64,000 nucleotides of DNA from Escherichia coli (GTDB lineage Bacteria > Pseudomonadota > Gammaproteobacteria > Enterobacterales > Enterobacteriaceae): assembly GCF_003991155.1 (NCBI RefSeq), contig NZ_CP031293.1, one strand, 5' to 3'. The notes under the pieces were generated by a model that did not search any database, was not told the origin of the DNA, and worked only from the letters and a program-made list of their open reading frames with translations. The translations under genes were made by a program, and so were the position numbers. Each line of letters opens with the position of its first letter. The stretch's first letter is position 1. Below, piece after piece: positions 1 to 12,656 of the stretch.

Positions 1-1062
1 TGTCCTCATTTTGGCGTATGCGGCGGCTGTCAGCAACAACACGCCAGTGTGGATTTACAGCAGCGAAGCAAAAGTGCGGCACTCGCCCGATTAATGAAAC
101 ACGAAGTCTCTGAAGTGATCGCCGATGTTCCCTGGGGCTATCGCCGTCGCGCGCGTTTAAGTCTGAACTACTTACCGAAAACACAGCAACTTCAGATGGG
201 GTTTCGCAAAGCGGGCTCCAGTGACATTGTCGACGTTAAACAATGCCCCATTTTAGTGCCCCAACTTGAAGCATTGCTGCCCAAAGTCAGGGCATGCCTG
301 GGCAGCTTACAAGCTATGCGCCATCTTGGTCATGTTGAACTGGTACAGGCAACCAGCGGCACGCTAATGATTTTGCGCCATACCGCACCGCTAAGTTCGG
401 CAGATCGCGAAAAACTGGAATGCTTTTCGCATTCTGAAGGCCTGGATCTGTATCTCGCCCCCGATAGTGAGATACTCGAAACCGTCTCTGGTGAGATGCC
501 CTGGTATGACTCAAATGGGTTGCGCTTAACTTTTAGCCCGCGCGATTTTATTCAGGTCAATGCGGGTGTGAACCAAAAAATGGTAGCGCGTGCGTTGGAA
601 TGGCTGGATGTGCAACCTGAAGATCGCGTACTGGATCTGTTCTGCGGTATGGGCAACTTTACACTGCCATTGGCGACACAAGCTGCCAGTGTGGTGGGTG
701 TAGAAGGTGTTCCGGCGCTGGTGGAAAAAGGCCAGCAGAATGCGCGTCTTAATGGCTTACACAATGTGACGTTTTATCACGAAAATCTTGAAGAAGATGT
801 CACAAAGCAGCCGTGGGCGAAAAACGGCTTCGATAAAGTGTTGCTGGACCCGGCGCGAGCAGGTGCCGCAGGTGTTATGCAGCAAATTATAAAACTGGAA
901 CCTATTCGTATAGTTTATGTATCCTGTAACCCTGCAACGCTGGCTCGGGATAGCGAAGCGTTATTAAAAGCAGGATATACCATTGCGCGACTGGCGATGC
1001 TGGATATGTTCCCACACACGGGACATCTGGAATCGATGGTACTTTTCTCGCGCGTTAAATAG
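1..1062 (+). CDS. rlmD: 23S rRNA (uracil-1939) methyltransferase RlmD/RumA, 5' partial (window starts inside the gene)
   Basis: ORF runs from window edge to stop at 1062; N-terminal Cys cluster ([14 protein letters not shown]) and SAM-methyltransferase motifs ([15 protein letters not shown]); located immediately upstream of relA. Confidence 0.9.
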   Translation, partial: CPHFGVCGGCQQQHASVDLQQRSKSAALARLMKHEVSEVIADVPWGYRRRARLSLNYLPKTQQLQMGFRKAGSSDIVDVKQCPILVPQLEALLPKVRACLGSLQAMRHLGHVELVQATSGTLMILRHTAPLSSADREKLECFSHSEGLDLYLAPDSEILETVSGEMPWYDSNGLRLTFSPRDFIQVNAGVNQKMVARALEWLDVQPEDRVLDLFCGMGNFTLPLATQAASVVGVEGVPALVEKGQQNARLNGLHNVTFYHENLEEDVTKQPWAKNGFDKVLLDPARAGAAGVMQQIIKLEPIRIVYVSCNPATLARDSEALLKAGYTIARLAMLDMFPHTGHLESMVLFSRVK

Positions 1063-1109
1063 TTGCGATTTGCCGATTTCGGCAGGTCTGGTCCCTAAAG
1101 GAGAGGACG

Positions 1110-3344
1110 ATGGTTGCGGTAAGAAGTGCACATATCAATAAGGCTGGTGAATTTGATCCGGAAAAATGGATCGCAAGTCTGGGTATTACCAGCCAGAAGT
1201 CGTGTGAGTGCTTAGCCGAAACCTGGGCGTATTGTCTGCAACAGACGCAGGGGCATCCGGATGCCAGTTTGTTATTGTGGCGTGGTGTTGAGATGGTGGA
1301 GATCCTCTCGACATTAAGTATGGACATTGACACGCTGCGGGCGGCGCTGCTGTTCCCTCTGGCTGATGCCAACGTAGTCAGCGAAGATGTGCTGCGTGAG
1401 AGCGTCGGTAAGTCGGTCGTTAACCTTATTCACGGCGTGCGTGATATGGCGGCGATCCGCCAGCTGAAAGCGACGCACACTGATTCTGTTTCCTCCGAAC
1501 AGGTCGATAACGTTCGCCGGATGTTATTGGCGATGGTCGATGATTTTCGCTGCGTGGTCATCAAACTGGCGGAGCGTATTGCTCACCTGCGCGAAGTAAA
1601 AGATGCGCCGGAAGATGAACGCGTACTGGCGGCAAAAGAGTGCACCAATATCTACGCGCCGTTGGCGAACCGTCTTGGGATTGGGCAACTGAAATGGGAG
1701 CTGGAAGATTACTGCTTCCGTTATCTGCACCCGACCGAATACAAACGCATCGCAAAACTGCTGCATGAACGCCGTCTCGACCGCGAACACTATATCGAAG
1801 AGTTTGTCGGCCATCTGCGCGCTGAGATGAAAGCTGAAGGCGTTAAAGCTGAAGTGTATGGTCGTCCGAAACACATCTACAGCATCTGGCGCAAAATGCA
1901 GAAAAAGAACCTCGCCTTCGATGAGCTGTTTGATGTGCGTGCGGTACGTATTGTCGCCGAGCGTTTACAGGATTGTTATGCCGCACTGGGGATAGTGCAC
2001 ACTCACTATCGCCACCTGCCGGATGAGTTCGACGATTACGTTGCTAACCCGAAACCAAACGGTTATCAGTCTATTCATACCGTGGTTCTGGGGCCGGGTG
2101 GAAAAACCGTTGAGATCCAAATCCGCACCAAACAGATGCATGAAGATGCAGAGCTGGGTGTTGCTGCGCACTGGAAATATAAAGAGGGCGCGGCTGCTGG
2201 CGGCGCACGTTCGGGACATGAAGACCGGATTGCCTGGCTGCGTAAACTGATTGCGTGGCAGGAAGAGATGGCTGATTCCGGCGAAATGCTCGACGAAGTA
2301 CGTAGCCAGGTCTTTGACGACCGGGTGTACGTCTTTACGCCGAAAGGTGATGTCGTTGATTTGCCTGCGGGATCAACACCGCTGGACTTCGCTTACCACA
2401 TCCACAGTGATGTCGGACACCGCTGCATCGGGGCAAAAATTGGCGGGCGCATTGTGCCGTTCACCTACCAGCTGCAGATGGGCGACCAGATTGAAATTAT
2501 CACCCAGAAACAGCCGAACCCCAGCCGTGACTGGTTAAACCCAAATCTCGGTTACGTCACAACCAGTCGTGGGCGCTCGAAAATTCACGCCTGGTTCCGT
2601 AAACAGGATCGTGACAAAAACATTCTGGCTGGACGGCAAATCCTTGATGACGAGCTGGAACATCTGGGGATCAGCCTGAAAGAAGCAGAAAAACACCTGC
2701 TGCCGCGTTACAACTTCAATGATGTCGACGAGTTGCTGGCGGCGATTGGTGGCGGGGATATCCGTCTCAATCAGATGGTGAACTTCCTGCAATCGCAATT
2801 TAATAAGCCGAGTGCCGAAGAGCAGGATGCCGCCGCGCTGAAACAGCTTCAGCAAAAAAGCTACACGCCGCAAAACCGCAGTAAAGATAACGGTCGTGTG
2901 GTGGTAGAAGGTGTCGGTAACCTGATGCACCACATCGCGCGCTGCTGCCAGCCGATTCCTGGAGATGAGATTGTCGGCTTCATTACCCAGGGACGCGGTA
3001 TTTCAGTACACCGCGCCGATTGCGAACAACTGGCGGAACTGCGCTCCCATGCGCCAGAACGCATTGTTGACGCGGTATGGGGCGAGAGCTACTCCGCCGG
3101 ATATTCGCTGGTGGTCCGCGTGGTGGCTAATGATCGTAGTGGGTTGTTACGTGATATCACGACCATTCTCGCCAACGAGAAGGTGAACGTACTTGGCGTT
3201 GCCAGCCGTAGCGACACCAAACAGCAACTGGCAACCATCGACATGACTATTGAGATTTATAACCTGCAGGTGTTGGGGCGCGTGCTGGGTAAACTCAACC
3301 AGGTGCCGGATGTTATCGATGCACGTCGGTTGCACGGGAGTTAG
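1110..3344 (+). CDS. relA: GTP pyrophosphokinase, (p)ppGpp synthetase I
   Basis: 744 aa ORF; HD-like and RelA/SpoT synthetase, TGS and ACT regions recognisable; RBS GGAGAGGA upstream. Confidence 0.96.
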   Translation: MVAVRSAHINKAGEFDPEKWIASLGITSQKSCECLAETWAYCLQQTQGHPDASLLLWRGVEMVEILSTLSMDIDTLRAALLFPLADANVVSEDVLRESVGKSVVNLIHGVRDMAAIRQLKATHTDSVSSEQVDNVRRMLLAMVDDFRCVVIKLAERIAHLREVKDAPEDERVLAAKECTNIYAPLANRLGIGQLKWELEDYCFRYLHPTEYKRIAKLLHERRLDREHYIEEFVGHLRAEMKAEGVKAEVYGRPKHIYSIWRKMQKKNLAFDELFDVRAVRIVAERLQDCYAALGIVHTHYRHLPDEFDDYVANPKPNGYQSIHTVVLGPGGKTVEIQIRTKQMHEDAELGVAAHWKYKEGAAAGGARSGHEDRIAWLRKLIAWQEEMADSGEMLDEVRSQVFDDRVYVFTPKGDVVDLPAGSTPLDFAYHIHSDVGHRCIGAKIGGRIVPFTYQLQMGDQIEIITQKQPNPSRDWLNPNLGYVTTSRGRSKIHAWFRKQDRDKNILAGRQILDDELEHLGISLKEAEKHLLPRYNFNDVDELLAAIGGGDIRLNQMVNFLQSQFNKPSAEEQDAAALKQLQQKSYTPQNRSKDNGRVVVEGVGNLMHHIARCCQPIPGDEIVGFITQGRGISVHRADCEQLAELRSHAPERIVDAVWGESYSAGYSLVVRVVANDRSGLLRDITTILANEKVNVLGVASRSDTKQQLATIDMTIEIYNLQVLGRVLGKLNQVPDVIDARRLHGS

Positions 3345-3360
3345 GCCGAAATTTGCTCGT

Positions 3361-3395
3361 ATCTACAATGTAGATTGATATATACTGTATCTACA
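3361..3395. promoter_or_regulatory. mazEF promoter/operator with overlapping (alternating) palindromes
   Basis: TCTACAATGTAGA palindrome at 3362-3374 and TGTAGAT/ATCTACA arms at 3369-3375 and 3389-3395 directly upstream of mazE. Confidence 0.6.
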
Positions 3396-3421
3396 TATGA
3401 TAGCGGTTTGAGGAAAGGGTT

Positions 3422-3670
3422 ATGATCCACAGTAGCGTAAAGCGTTGGGGAAATTCTCCTGCAGTGCGGATCCCAGCTACGTTAATGCAGGCGCTCAATC
3501 TGAATATTGATGATGAAGTGAAGATTGGCCTGGTGGATGGCAAATTAATTATTGAGCCAGTACGTAAAGAGCCCGTATTTACGCTTGCTGAACTGGTCAG
3601 CGACATCACGCCGGAAAACCTCCACGAGAATATCGACTGGGGGGAGCCGAAAGATAAGGAAGTCTGGTAA
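3422..3670 (+). CDS. mazE: antitoxin MazE
   Basis: 82 aa; AbrB/SpoVT-like fold sequence [23 protein letters not shown]; overlaps mazF start by 1 nt. Confidence 0.95.
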   Translation: MIHSSVKRWGNSPAVRIPATLMQALNLNIDDEVKIGLVDGKLIIEPVRKEPVFTLAELVSDITPENLHENIDWGEPKDKEVW

Positions 3671-4005
3671 TGGTAAGCCGATACGTACCCGATATGGGCG
3701 ATCTGATTTGGGTTGATTTTGACCCGACAAAAGGTAGCGAGCAAGCCGGACATCGTCCGGCTGTTGTCCTCAGTCCGTTCATGTACAACAACAAAACAGG
3801 TATGTGTCTGTGTGTTCCTTGTACAACGCAATCAAAAGGATATCCGTTTGAAGTTGTTCTATCCGGTCAGGAACGTGATGGCGTAGCGTTAGCTGATCAG
3901 GTAAAAAGTATCGCCTGGCGGGCAAGAGGAGCAACGAAGAAAGGAACAGTTGCCCCAGAGGAATTACAACTCATTAAAGCCAAAATTAACGTGCTGATTG
4001 GGTAG
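3670..4005 (+). CDS. mazF: endoribonuclease toxin MazF
   Basis: 111 aa PemK/MazF family; start overlaps mazE stop (TAATG). Confidence 0.95.
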   Translation: MVSRYVPDMGDLIWVDFDPTKGSEQAGHRPAVVLSPFMYNNKTGMCLCVPCTTQSKGYPFEVVLSGQERDGVALADQVKSIAWRARGATKKGTVAPEELQLIKAKINVLIG

Positions 4006-4076
4006 GTGTTACTAACTCACTTCTATTCTGGTCACAGGTTTCCACCTGACGGACCCGCAATTTTCAGGACAATTCA

Positions 4077-4868
4077 ATGAATCAAATCGACCGTTTGCTC
4101 ACCATCATGCAGCGCCTGCGCGACCCGGAAAACGGCTGCCCGTGGGATAAAGAGCAGACATTTGCCACCATTGCGCCTTACACCCTTGAAGAAACCTACG
4201 AGGTGCTGGACGCCATCGCCCGTGAAGATTTTGACGATCTGCGCGGTGAACTGGGCGATCTGCTGTTCCAGGTGGTGTTTTACGCGCAAATGGCTCAGGA
4301 AGAAGGGCGCTTTGACTTTAATGATATTTGCGCCGCGATTAGCGATAAATTAGAGCGTCGCCATCCGCATGTTTTTGCTGACAGTTCTGCCGAAAACAGT
4401 AGTGAAGTGCTCGCCCGTTGGGAGCAAATCAAAACCGAAGAACGCGCGCAGAAAGCACAGCATTCGGCGCTGGATGATATTCCTCGTAGTTTACCGGCTT
4501 TAATGCGTGCGCAAAAAATCCAGAAACGTTGCGCCAACGTTGGCTTCGACTGGACGACGCTTGGTCCGGTAGTCGATAAAGTCTACGAAGAGATCGACGA
4601 GGTGATGTACGAGGCGCAGCAGGCTGTTGTCGACCAGGCTAAACTGGAGGAGGAAATGGGTGACCTGCTGTTTGCCACGGTCAATCTGGCTCGTCATTTA
4701 GGGACAAAAGCGGAAATCGCATTGCAAAAAGCGAACGAAAAATTCGAGCGTCGTTTTCGCGAAGTGGAGCGTATTGTTGCCGCGCGTGGACTGGAAATGA
4801 CAGGTGTTGACCTCGAAACAATGGAAGAAGTCTGGCAACAGGTAAAACGGCAGGAAATTGATCTCTAA
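4077..4868 (+). CDS. mazG: nucleoside triphosphate pyrophosphohydrolase MazG
   Basis: 263 aa, two MazG-type EExxE-containing repeats. Confidence 0.93.
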   Translation: MNQIDRLLTIMQRLRDPENGCPWDKEQTFATIAPYTLEETYEVLDAIAREDFDDLRGELGDLLFQVVFYAQMAQEEGRFDFNDICAAISDKLERRHPHVFADSSAENSSEVLARWEQIKTEERAQKAQHSALDDIPRSLPALMRAQKIQKRCANVGFDWTTLGPVVDKVYEEIDEVMYEAQQAVVDQAKLEEEMGDLLFATVNLARHLGTKAEIALQKANEKFERRFREVERIVAARGLEMTGVDLETMEEVWQQVKRQEIDL

Positions 4869-5080
4869 GGGAATTACGCGGTCAAGCGCCATTTGTGTCA
4901 TTTTTTAAATGACAAGCGCTTGATTTGCGTCAAAAACATTTACCCCAAAGGGGCTATTTTCTCACTCCTGATTTCAATAGTGCGCTGGCGAAGAGGAGGG
5001 ATAATGAAAGTTTGTGGCACAGGTCATGTTCGGGTATACTGCTTTCCCGTCCTGGTTATTCCATCGTCTTTTCAACCTAA

Positions 5081-6733
<1,653 letters not shown>

Positions 6734-6751
6734 GAAAAAAGTTAGAACGGC

Positions 6752-6780
6752 AACGCGTACCCTGGGTACGCGTTGTTTGT
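6752..6780 (+). terminator. hairpin between pyrG and eno (partial terminator / processing site)
   Basis: AACGCGTAC-cctgg-GTACGCGTT perfect 9-bp stem followed by GTTTGT. Confidence 0.45.
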
Positions 6781-6804
6781 CTGGAGTTTCAGTTTAACTA
6801 GTGA

Positions 6805-8118
<1,314 letters not shown>

Positions 8119-8137
8119 GTCTGACTTTATCTGATTT

Positions 8138-8169
8138 AAAAATGCCAGCCTTCGGGCTGGCATTTTTTA
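8138..8169. terminator. bidirectional intrinsic terminator shared by eno (+) and the convergent TPM gene (-)
   Basis: AAAAA TGCCAGCC ttcg GGCTGGCA TTTTTT; A-run on one side and T-run on the other. Confidence 0.8.
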
Positions 8170-8177
8170 TGGTTGAG

Positions 8178-9050
8178 TTACCAGCGACCGGACGCGCCGC
8201 CACCGCCAGAAGAACCGCCCCCGCCGCTAAATCCGCCGCCACTTGAGCCGCCACCGGAACCGCTGTTGTCTGAATGATAACTTCTACCAGATGCTTTTTT
8301 CTGAAGTACACATAAACAGGTAAAGACCATAATGGTGGTGAAAGTAAAAAAGAAGAAAAATACAGCAATGGAAAAAGTTTTATCGGAGAACAGGAATAAA
8401 TCTAAAAGATAGATTGCTGAAATACAGACACTGCTTTTACATGCGCGACAAAAATTACTGCCTTGATGAAAAAACCAGAAAGGGAAGAACATCACTGCAA
8501 ATACCCAAAAAATAGCAAAGTAATAATGATCACTGGAAGACGCTGATTCAATTTCTGAAGGATTAGCCGGATATTGGTGTTGTGAAGTGAGTTGGTTATT
8601 CAAAGCGTTTATAGCTAGCTCTAATCCCTGAGCTAATTTTTGTTGTTTAAATGCGGGTATCATGTTGCTACGGATGATATCTCCAGCCAGAGCATCGGTT
8701 ACCTTTTCTTCCAGCCCATAACCTACCTGGATGCGGACAGTGCGGTCCGACCAGGCAACAATGATCAGTATCCCATCATTGCGTTTGGCATCTCCTAAAC
8801 GCCAATTGTTAAAAACCCTTGTAGCATATTGTTCAATAGAATCGTCTCCGGTGGATGGCACTATTAATACAGCGACCTGTGCCCGTGTTTTTTGTGTAAT
8901 ATCCTGCAGCTGTTGTGTTAGTGATTGTTGTTCAGACGTGCTTAAGGTACCAGTAATATCGGTCACCTGTTGGCGCAGCTCCGGCACTGCAATTTGCTGG
9001 GTAAGCCCAGGAAGGCACCATAAAGTAAGTAGAAAAAAGATTAAGCGCAT
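8178..9050 (-). CDS. TPM-domain (YgcG-like) membrane protein, paralog C; ATG start at 9050 chosen over GTG at 9059
   Basis: Signal peptide, TPM/DUF477-like domain ([29 protein letters not shown]...), hydrophobic segment, C-terminal [25 protein letters not shown]. Confidence 0.8.
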   Translation of the reverse strand: MRLIFFLLTLWCLPGLTQQIAVPELRQQVTDITGTLSTSEQQSLTQQLQDITQKTRAQVAVLIVPSTGDDSIEQYATRVFNNWRLGDAKRNDGILIIVAWSDRTVRIQVGYGLEEKVTDALAGDIIRSNMIPAFKQQKLAQGLELAINALNNQLTSQHQYPANPSEIESASSSDHYYFAIFWVFAVMFFPFWFFHQGSNFCRACKSSVCISAIYLLDLFLFSDKTFSIAVFFFFFTFTTIMVFTCLCVLQKKASGRSYHSDNSGSGGGSSGGGFSGGGGSSGGGGASGRW

Positions 9051-9055
9051 AATGA

Positions 9056-10204
9056 TCACCAGCGTCCGGATGAACCGCCGCCTCCTGAAGAACCGCCACC
9101 ACCGCGGAAAGAATTTCTCGACGAAGAGCGAGAATGAGCATTACGATTCCCCGTTTTCCTGTTGCTTTTTTCTCCTGACCCCAGTTTAAGATTGCCAGTA
9201 AATTTGGCCACAATGATCAGCAGAACGATGCCAGCAATGGTTATTGGGCCGATAAAATGATCAATTAACCCAATAATTGTTGAGATGAATGCAATATCTT
9301 TATTACTGGCGAACACCAGGCACCATCCCACAACAATTATCAGCATCACGACAAACAATGAATTTCGTCCTGATTCAGGAAATTGCTGGGTCTTCTTTTG
9401 TTTTTTCACTTTAGTGTTTTTATTTTTGGGGGCCAGCATCATAGGAAATGCGCGGCACATATTAAAAACTACCGCGAGACGCTGCCAGCAGGTTGTTGCT
9501 AACAATAAACTAAAACAAACGATCGACACCCGCCGAATGATGACATCATCCTGAAAGAAGAAAAACCAGACCATAGGGGTAATCATCGATATCATCCATA
9601 TGCCAGGCCCAGGACGGCTGGTAAATCGCCAGAGGACAACGATGGCAACGATCATCAGCAGTGTCCAGGCAAGACATGGCAGCGAACGTTGTGGATTAGC
9701 AAACAGATGATTGGCTAAAGCATCCAAAGGGCTAAGGTTCGCTTTGATATGGGTAAACTGTGCGATGCTTTCAATTCCGCCCGTTAATCCAGCAAAGAGA
9801 TTGCTTTTTTCGAATTCTGGCTGCATATGGTAACGAACAATTTGCGCAGCTTGTTCTGGCGGCAACATCTGTTCCAGTCCATGTCCAATCTTCATTGACG
9901 CCAGCCCTTCCGGCCATACGACGAGAATTAAGATACCTTCGCCATATCGCTTCTCTCCAACGGGTTTCCAGTGATATAACCCGTATCTCTGCGAGGCTGC
10001 AAGTTTAATGTTTTTGCCCCCTGTAGTCGGCGTAACCAACACGGCCACCTGGAAGTGGTTTTGCTGCTCGAGAGTCTGTAATTGTTGATTTAAAGCAGTT
10101 TGTTCTTCTGTCGTTAATGTCCCGGTTAAGTCAGTTACTGAAGGCAATTGTTCAGCGAATACCTGAAAACCGCATAGCATCAGAAGTAAGAGAAAAATAC
10201 GCAT
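9056..10204 (-). CDS. TPM-domain membrane protein, paralog B, with extended polytopic membrane region
   Basis: 382 aa; signal peptide, TPM domain ([23 protein letters not shown]...), about 200 aa hydrophobic region, C-terminal [15 protein letters not shown]; RBS AAGGAA. Confidence 0.8.
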   Translation of the reverse strand: MRIFLLLLMLCGFQVFAEQLPSVTDLTGTLTTEEQTALNQQLQTLEQQNHFQVAVLVTPTTGGKNIKLAASQRYGLYHWKPVGEKRYGEGILILVVWPEGLASMKIGHGLEQMLPPEQAAQIVRYHMQPEFEKSNLFAGLTGGIESIAQFTHIKANLSPLDALANHLFANPQRSLPCLAWTLLMIVAIVVLWRFTSRPGPGIWMISMITPMVWFFFFQDDVIIRRVSIVCFSLLLATTCWQRLAVVFNMCRAFPMMLAPKNKNTKVKKQKKTQQFPESGRNSLFVVMLIIVVGWCLVFASNKDIAFISTIIGLIDHFIGPITIAGIVLLIIVAKFTGNLKLGSGEKSNRKTGNRNAHSRSSSRNSFRGGGGSSGGGGSSGRW

Positions 10205-10218
10205 ATCAATTCCTTTTG

Positions 10219-11112
10219 TTACCAGCGTCCGGAAGCGCCACCGCCACCAGATGAACCGCCACCACCGCGGAAATTGTCATTGTCGAATGAAGAGGATGAC
10301 GATGACGAATAGTGGGAGGAAGAATTACTTCTTGTATGGCGTGATGGCTGGTTGGTATTACGCATCGAATCCCGAACCTTTTTGCCGAAGGGAGTAAAAG
10401 CGATGGCGACAGCCAGGAACGGTGTGGCGAAGCAGAGTAATGTTGCGAGCACTCCCCAGCTTCCGCTGAAACCTGCTATAGGTAAAACAAAGGCCAGTAC
10501 AATAGCTGCGAAGCAAATCAGTCCCAGCGTTTTGATATATCCTCTGGCAGAAATAAACGTCAGTATTATCGCCCAGACTAACAAAGCCCACCAACCGCTA
10601 AAGGGCAAAGGGTGATCGGTCGGTGTTATCGTTGCTGAATTATTCCCCGTCAGGCGACTTTCAATATCGTTGATCCCCTTTTGTAAACCACCAGCCAGGT
10701 CGCCTTTTTTAAATGCCGGAATAATACTGTTGCGAATAATTTTCCCGGACTGTGCATCCGTAATAATACCTTCCAGTCCGTAACCGATTTCAATACGCAC
10801 GGTATGATCCTGCCAGGCGACTAACAGTAGAACGCCATCATCGCGGTCTTTATCACCCGGTTTCCAGCTATCGAATACCCGCGTTGCGTACTGCTCGATG
10901 GTTTCATCGCCTGTTGTATCAACCACTAACACGACCAACTGTGCGTGGTTTTTTTGCGTCAGGGCTTTAATCTGGTTGGTCAGGGTGTTTACTTCGCTGT
11001 TTGTTAATGTGCCGGTTAAGTCATTCACATACTTGGGGGATTCAGGTACTGGAATTTGTGTGGCAAACACAGATGAACAGAAGAAAGCCATAAGGAAGAT
11101 AAAATTTCGCAT
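10219..11112 (-). CDS. TPM-domain membrane protein, paralog A; start at internal ATG (MRNFIFLMAFF signal peptide)
   Basis: TPM domain ([29 protein letters not shown]...), TM segments, Ser-rich linker, C-terminal [15 protein letters not shown]; 13 bp downstream of lemA stop. Confidence 0.8.
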   Translation of the reverse strand: MRNFIFLMAFFCSSVFATQIPVPESPKYVNDLTGTLTNSEVNTLTNQIKALTQKNHAQLVVLVVDTTGDETIEQYATRVFDSWKPGDKDRDDGVLLLVAWQDHTVRIEIGYGLEGIITDAQSGKIIRNSIIPAFKKGDLAGGLQKGINDIESRLTGNNSATITPTDHPLPFSGWWALLVWAIILTFISARGYIKTLGLICFAAIVLAFVLPIAGFSGSWGVLATLLCFATPFLAVAIAFTPFGKKVRDSMRNTNQPSRHTRSNSSSHYSSSSSSSFDNDNFRGGGGSSGGGGASGRW

Positions 11113-11125
11113 AGAACTTCCCCGC

Positions 11126-11728
11126 TTAATGCGCATTAGCATTCTGGCTAAAATCTATTGTTGGGGCTTTACTTACTGCGGTGACATCATCCGGCAAATA
11201 ATTTTTCTTTGGTGTGTAATCCATGACCTTTGCGGTTAATACAGCGGGGAATTTGCGGATAGTGACATTATATTGTTCAATGGCTTTAATATATCTTCCT
11301 CGCGCAACGGCAATTCTATTTTCACTTCCTTCGAGCTGTACCATTAAGTTTTGATAGAGTTCCTGAGCTTTTAACTCAGGGTAACGTTCACTAATTATCG
11401 TTAACTGACCGAGAGTGCGAGACACCTGCGCCTGGGCTTGTTGCCAGGCTTGTAATTTTTGCGCATCTCCCGGAGCTTGCTGAAGATCGCTACTGGCGCG
11501 ATTAGCCTGGCTACGTGCCAATGTTACGGCTTCCAGTACCTCTTGTTCATGGCTGGAATAACCTTTAATACTGGCGACAAGATTAGGAATAAGATCGGCG
11601 CGACGTTGATATTGATTCAATACCTCAGACCAGGAGGCGTTAACCTGCTCATCATAGGTTTGAATATCGTTATATCCACAGCCTGATAAATTGACAATAA
11701 ATATAATTACGATGAATATCCTGAGCAT
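11126..11728 (-). CDS. lemA: LemA-family lipoprotein/membrane protein
   Basis: 200 aa; N-terminal lipobox-like NLSGC; LemA-family sequence pattern; first gene of the lemA-TPM operon. Confidence 0.8.
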   Translation of the reverse strand: MLRIFIVIIFIVNLSGCGYNDIQTYDEQVNASWSEVLNQYQRRADLIPNLVASIKGYSSHEQEVLEAVTLARSQANRASSDLQQAPGDAQKLQAWQQAQAQVSRTLGQLTIISERYPELKAQELYQNLMVQLEGSENRIAVARGRYIKAIEQYNVTIRKFPAVLTAKVMDYTPKKNYLPDDVTAVSKAPTIDFSQNANAH

Positions 11729-11900
11729 GTCTATGTCCCTTTTAATTAATTCCTTAAAACATAATACGCCGCTTCATTTTATTCTTTATGATCTCATCCA
11801 CTTTTTGCCTTAAACCTGCCTGTAACAGAATGTTAATAAGACATGATTGTTGTGGCAGGATCTGCAATAATTAACAATTATCCACTTCACAGAGAATGCT

Positions 11901-12572
11901 ATGCAGTACCCGATTAACGAGATGTTCCAGACCCTGCAAGGTGAGGGTTACTTTACCGGCGTCCCCGCCATTTTTATTCGTTTACAGGGATGCCCGGTTG
12001 GCTGTGCCTGGTGCGACACCAAACACACCTGGGAAAAGCTTGAGGATCGGGAAGTTTCCCTTTTCAGCATTCTGGCGAAGACCAAAGAGAGTGATAAGTG
12101 GGGGGCTGCGAGCAGTGAAGATTTGCTGGCTGTCATTGGTCGCCAGGGATACACCGCGCGGCATGTGGTGATTACGGGTGGTGAGCCTTGCATTCATGAT
12201 TTGCTGCCACTGACTGACCTGCTCGAAAAGAACGGTTTTAGCTGCCAGATCGAAACCAGTGGTACTCATGAAGTACGCTGCACACCGAATACCTGGGTTA
12301 CCGTATCGCCAAAGCTGAATATGCGCGGCGGCTATGAAGTGTTGTCACAGGCACTGGAGCGAGCCAACGAAATCAAGCATCCAGTGGGACGCGTACGTGA
12401 TATCGAAGCACTGGATGAATTGCTTGCGACGCTGACCGATGATAAACCGCGAGTCATTGCACTTCAGCCAATTAGCCAGAAGGAAGATGCTACGCGTTTA
12501 TGTATCGATACCTGCATAGCGCGCAACTGGCGTTTGTCGATGCAGACACATAAATATTTGAATATTGCCTGA
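11901..12572 (+). CDS. queE: 7-carboxy-7-deazaguanine synthase (radical SAM)
   Basis: 223 aa; Cys motif CPVGCAWCDT; divergent from lemA operon. Confidence 0.93.
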   Translation: MQYPINEMFQTLQGEGYFTGVPAIFIRLQGCPVGCAWCDTKHTWEKLEDREVSLFSILAKTKESDKWGAASSEDLLAVIGRQGYTARHVVITGGEPCIHDLLPLTDLLEKNGFSCQIETSGTHEVRCTPNTWVTVSPKLNMRGGYEVLSQALERANEIKHPVGRVRDIEALDELLATLTDDKPRVIALQPISQKEDATRLCIDTCIARNWRLSMQTHKYLNIA

Positions 12573-12610
12573 TTTGATTATTCATCATTAATATTTAACG
12601 TTCAGAATGA

Positions 12611-12640
12611 AAATAATCGCCCCGTTTTACAGGGGCGATG
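12611..12640 (-). terminator. intrinsic terminator for scrR (hairpin also downstream of queE)
   Basis: ATCGCCCC-gttttaca-GGGGCGAT with T-run on the minus strand. Confidence 0.65.
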
Positions 12641-12656
12641 CAAGATAGTGACGGGA

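Noticed and set aside
9056-9059. GTG start for TPM paralog C at 9059, overlapping the stop of paralog B
   Set aside because: An in-frame ATG at 9050 gives a cleaner start downstream of the upstream stop codon; the GTG start remains possible
8731-9189. 152-aa plus-strand ORF inside the TPM gene array
   Set aside because: Antisense to two TPM genes and spans their junction; Cys/Ser-rich low-complexity translation typical of a shadow ORF
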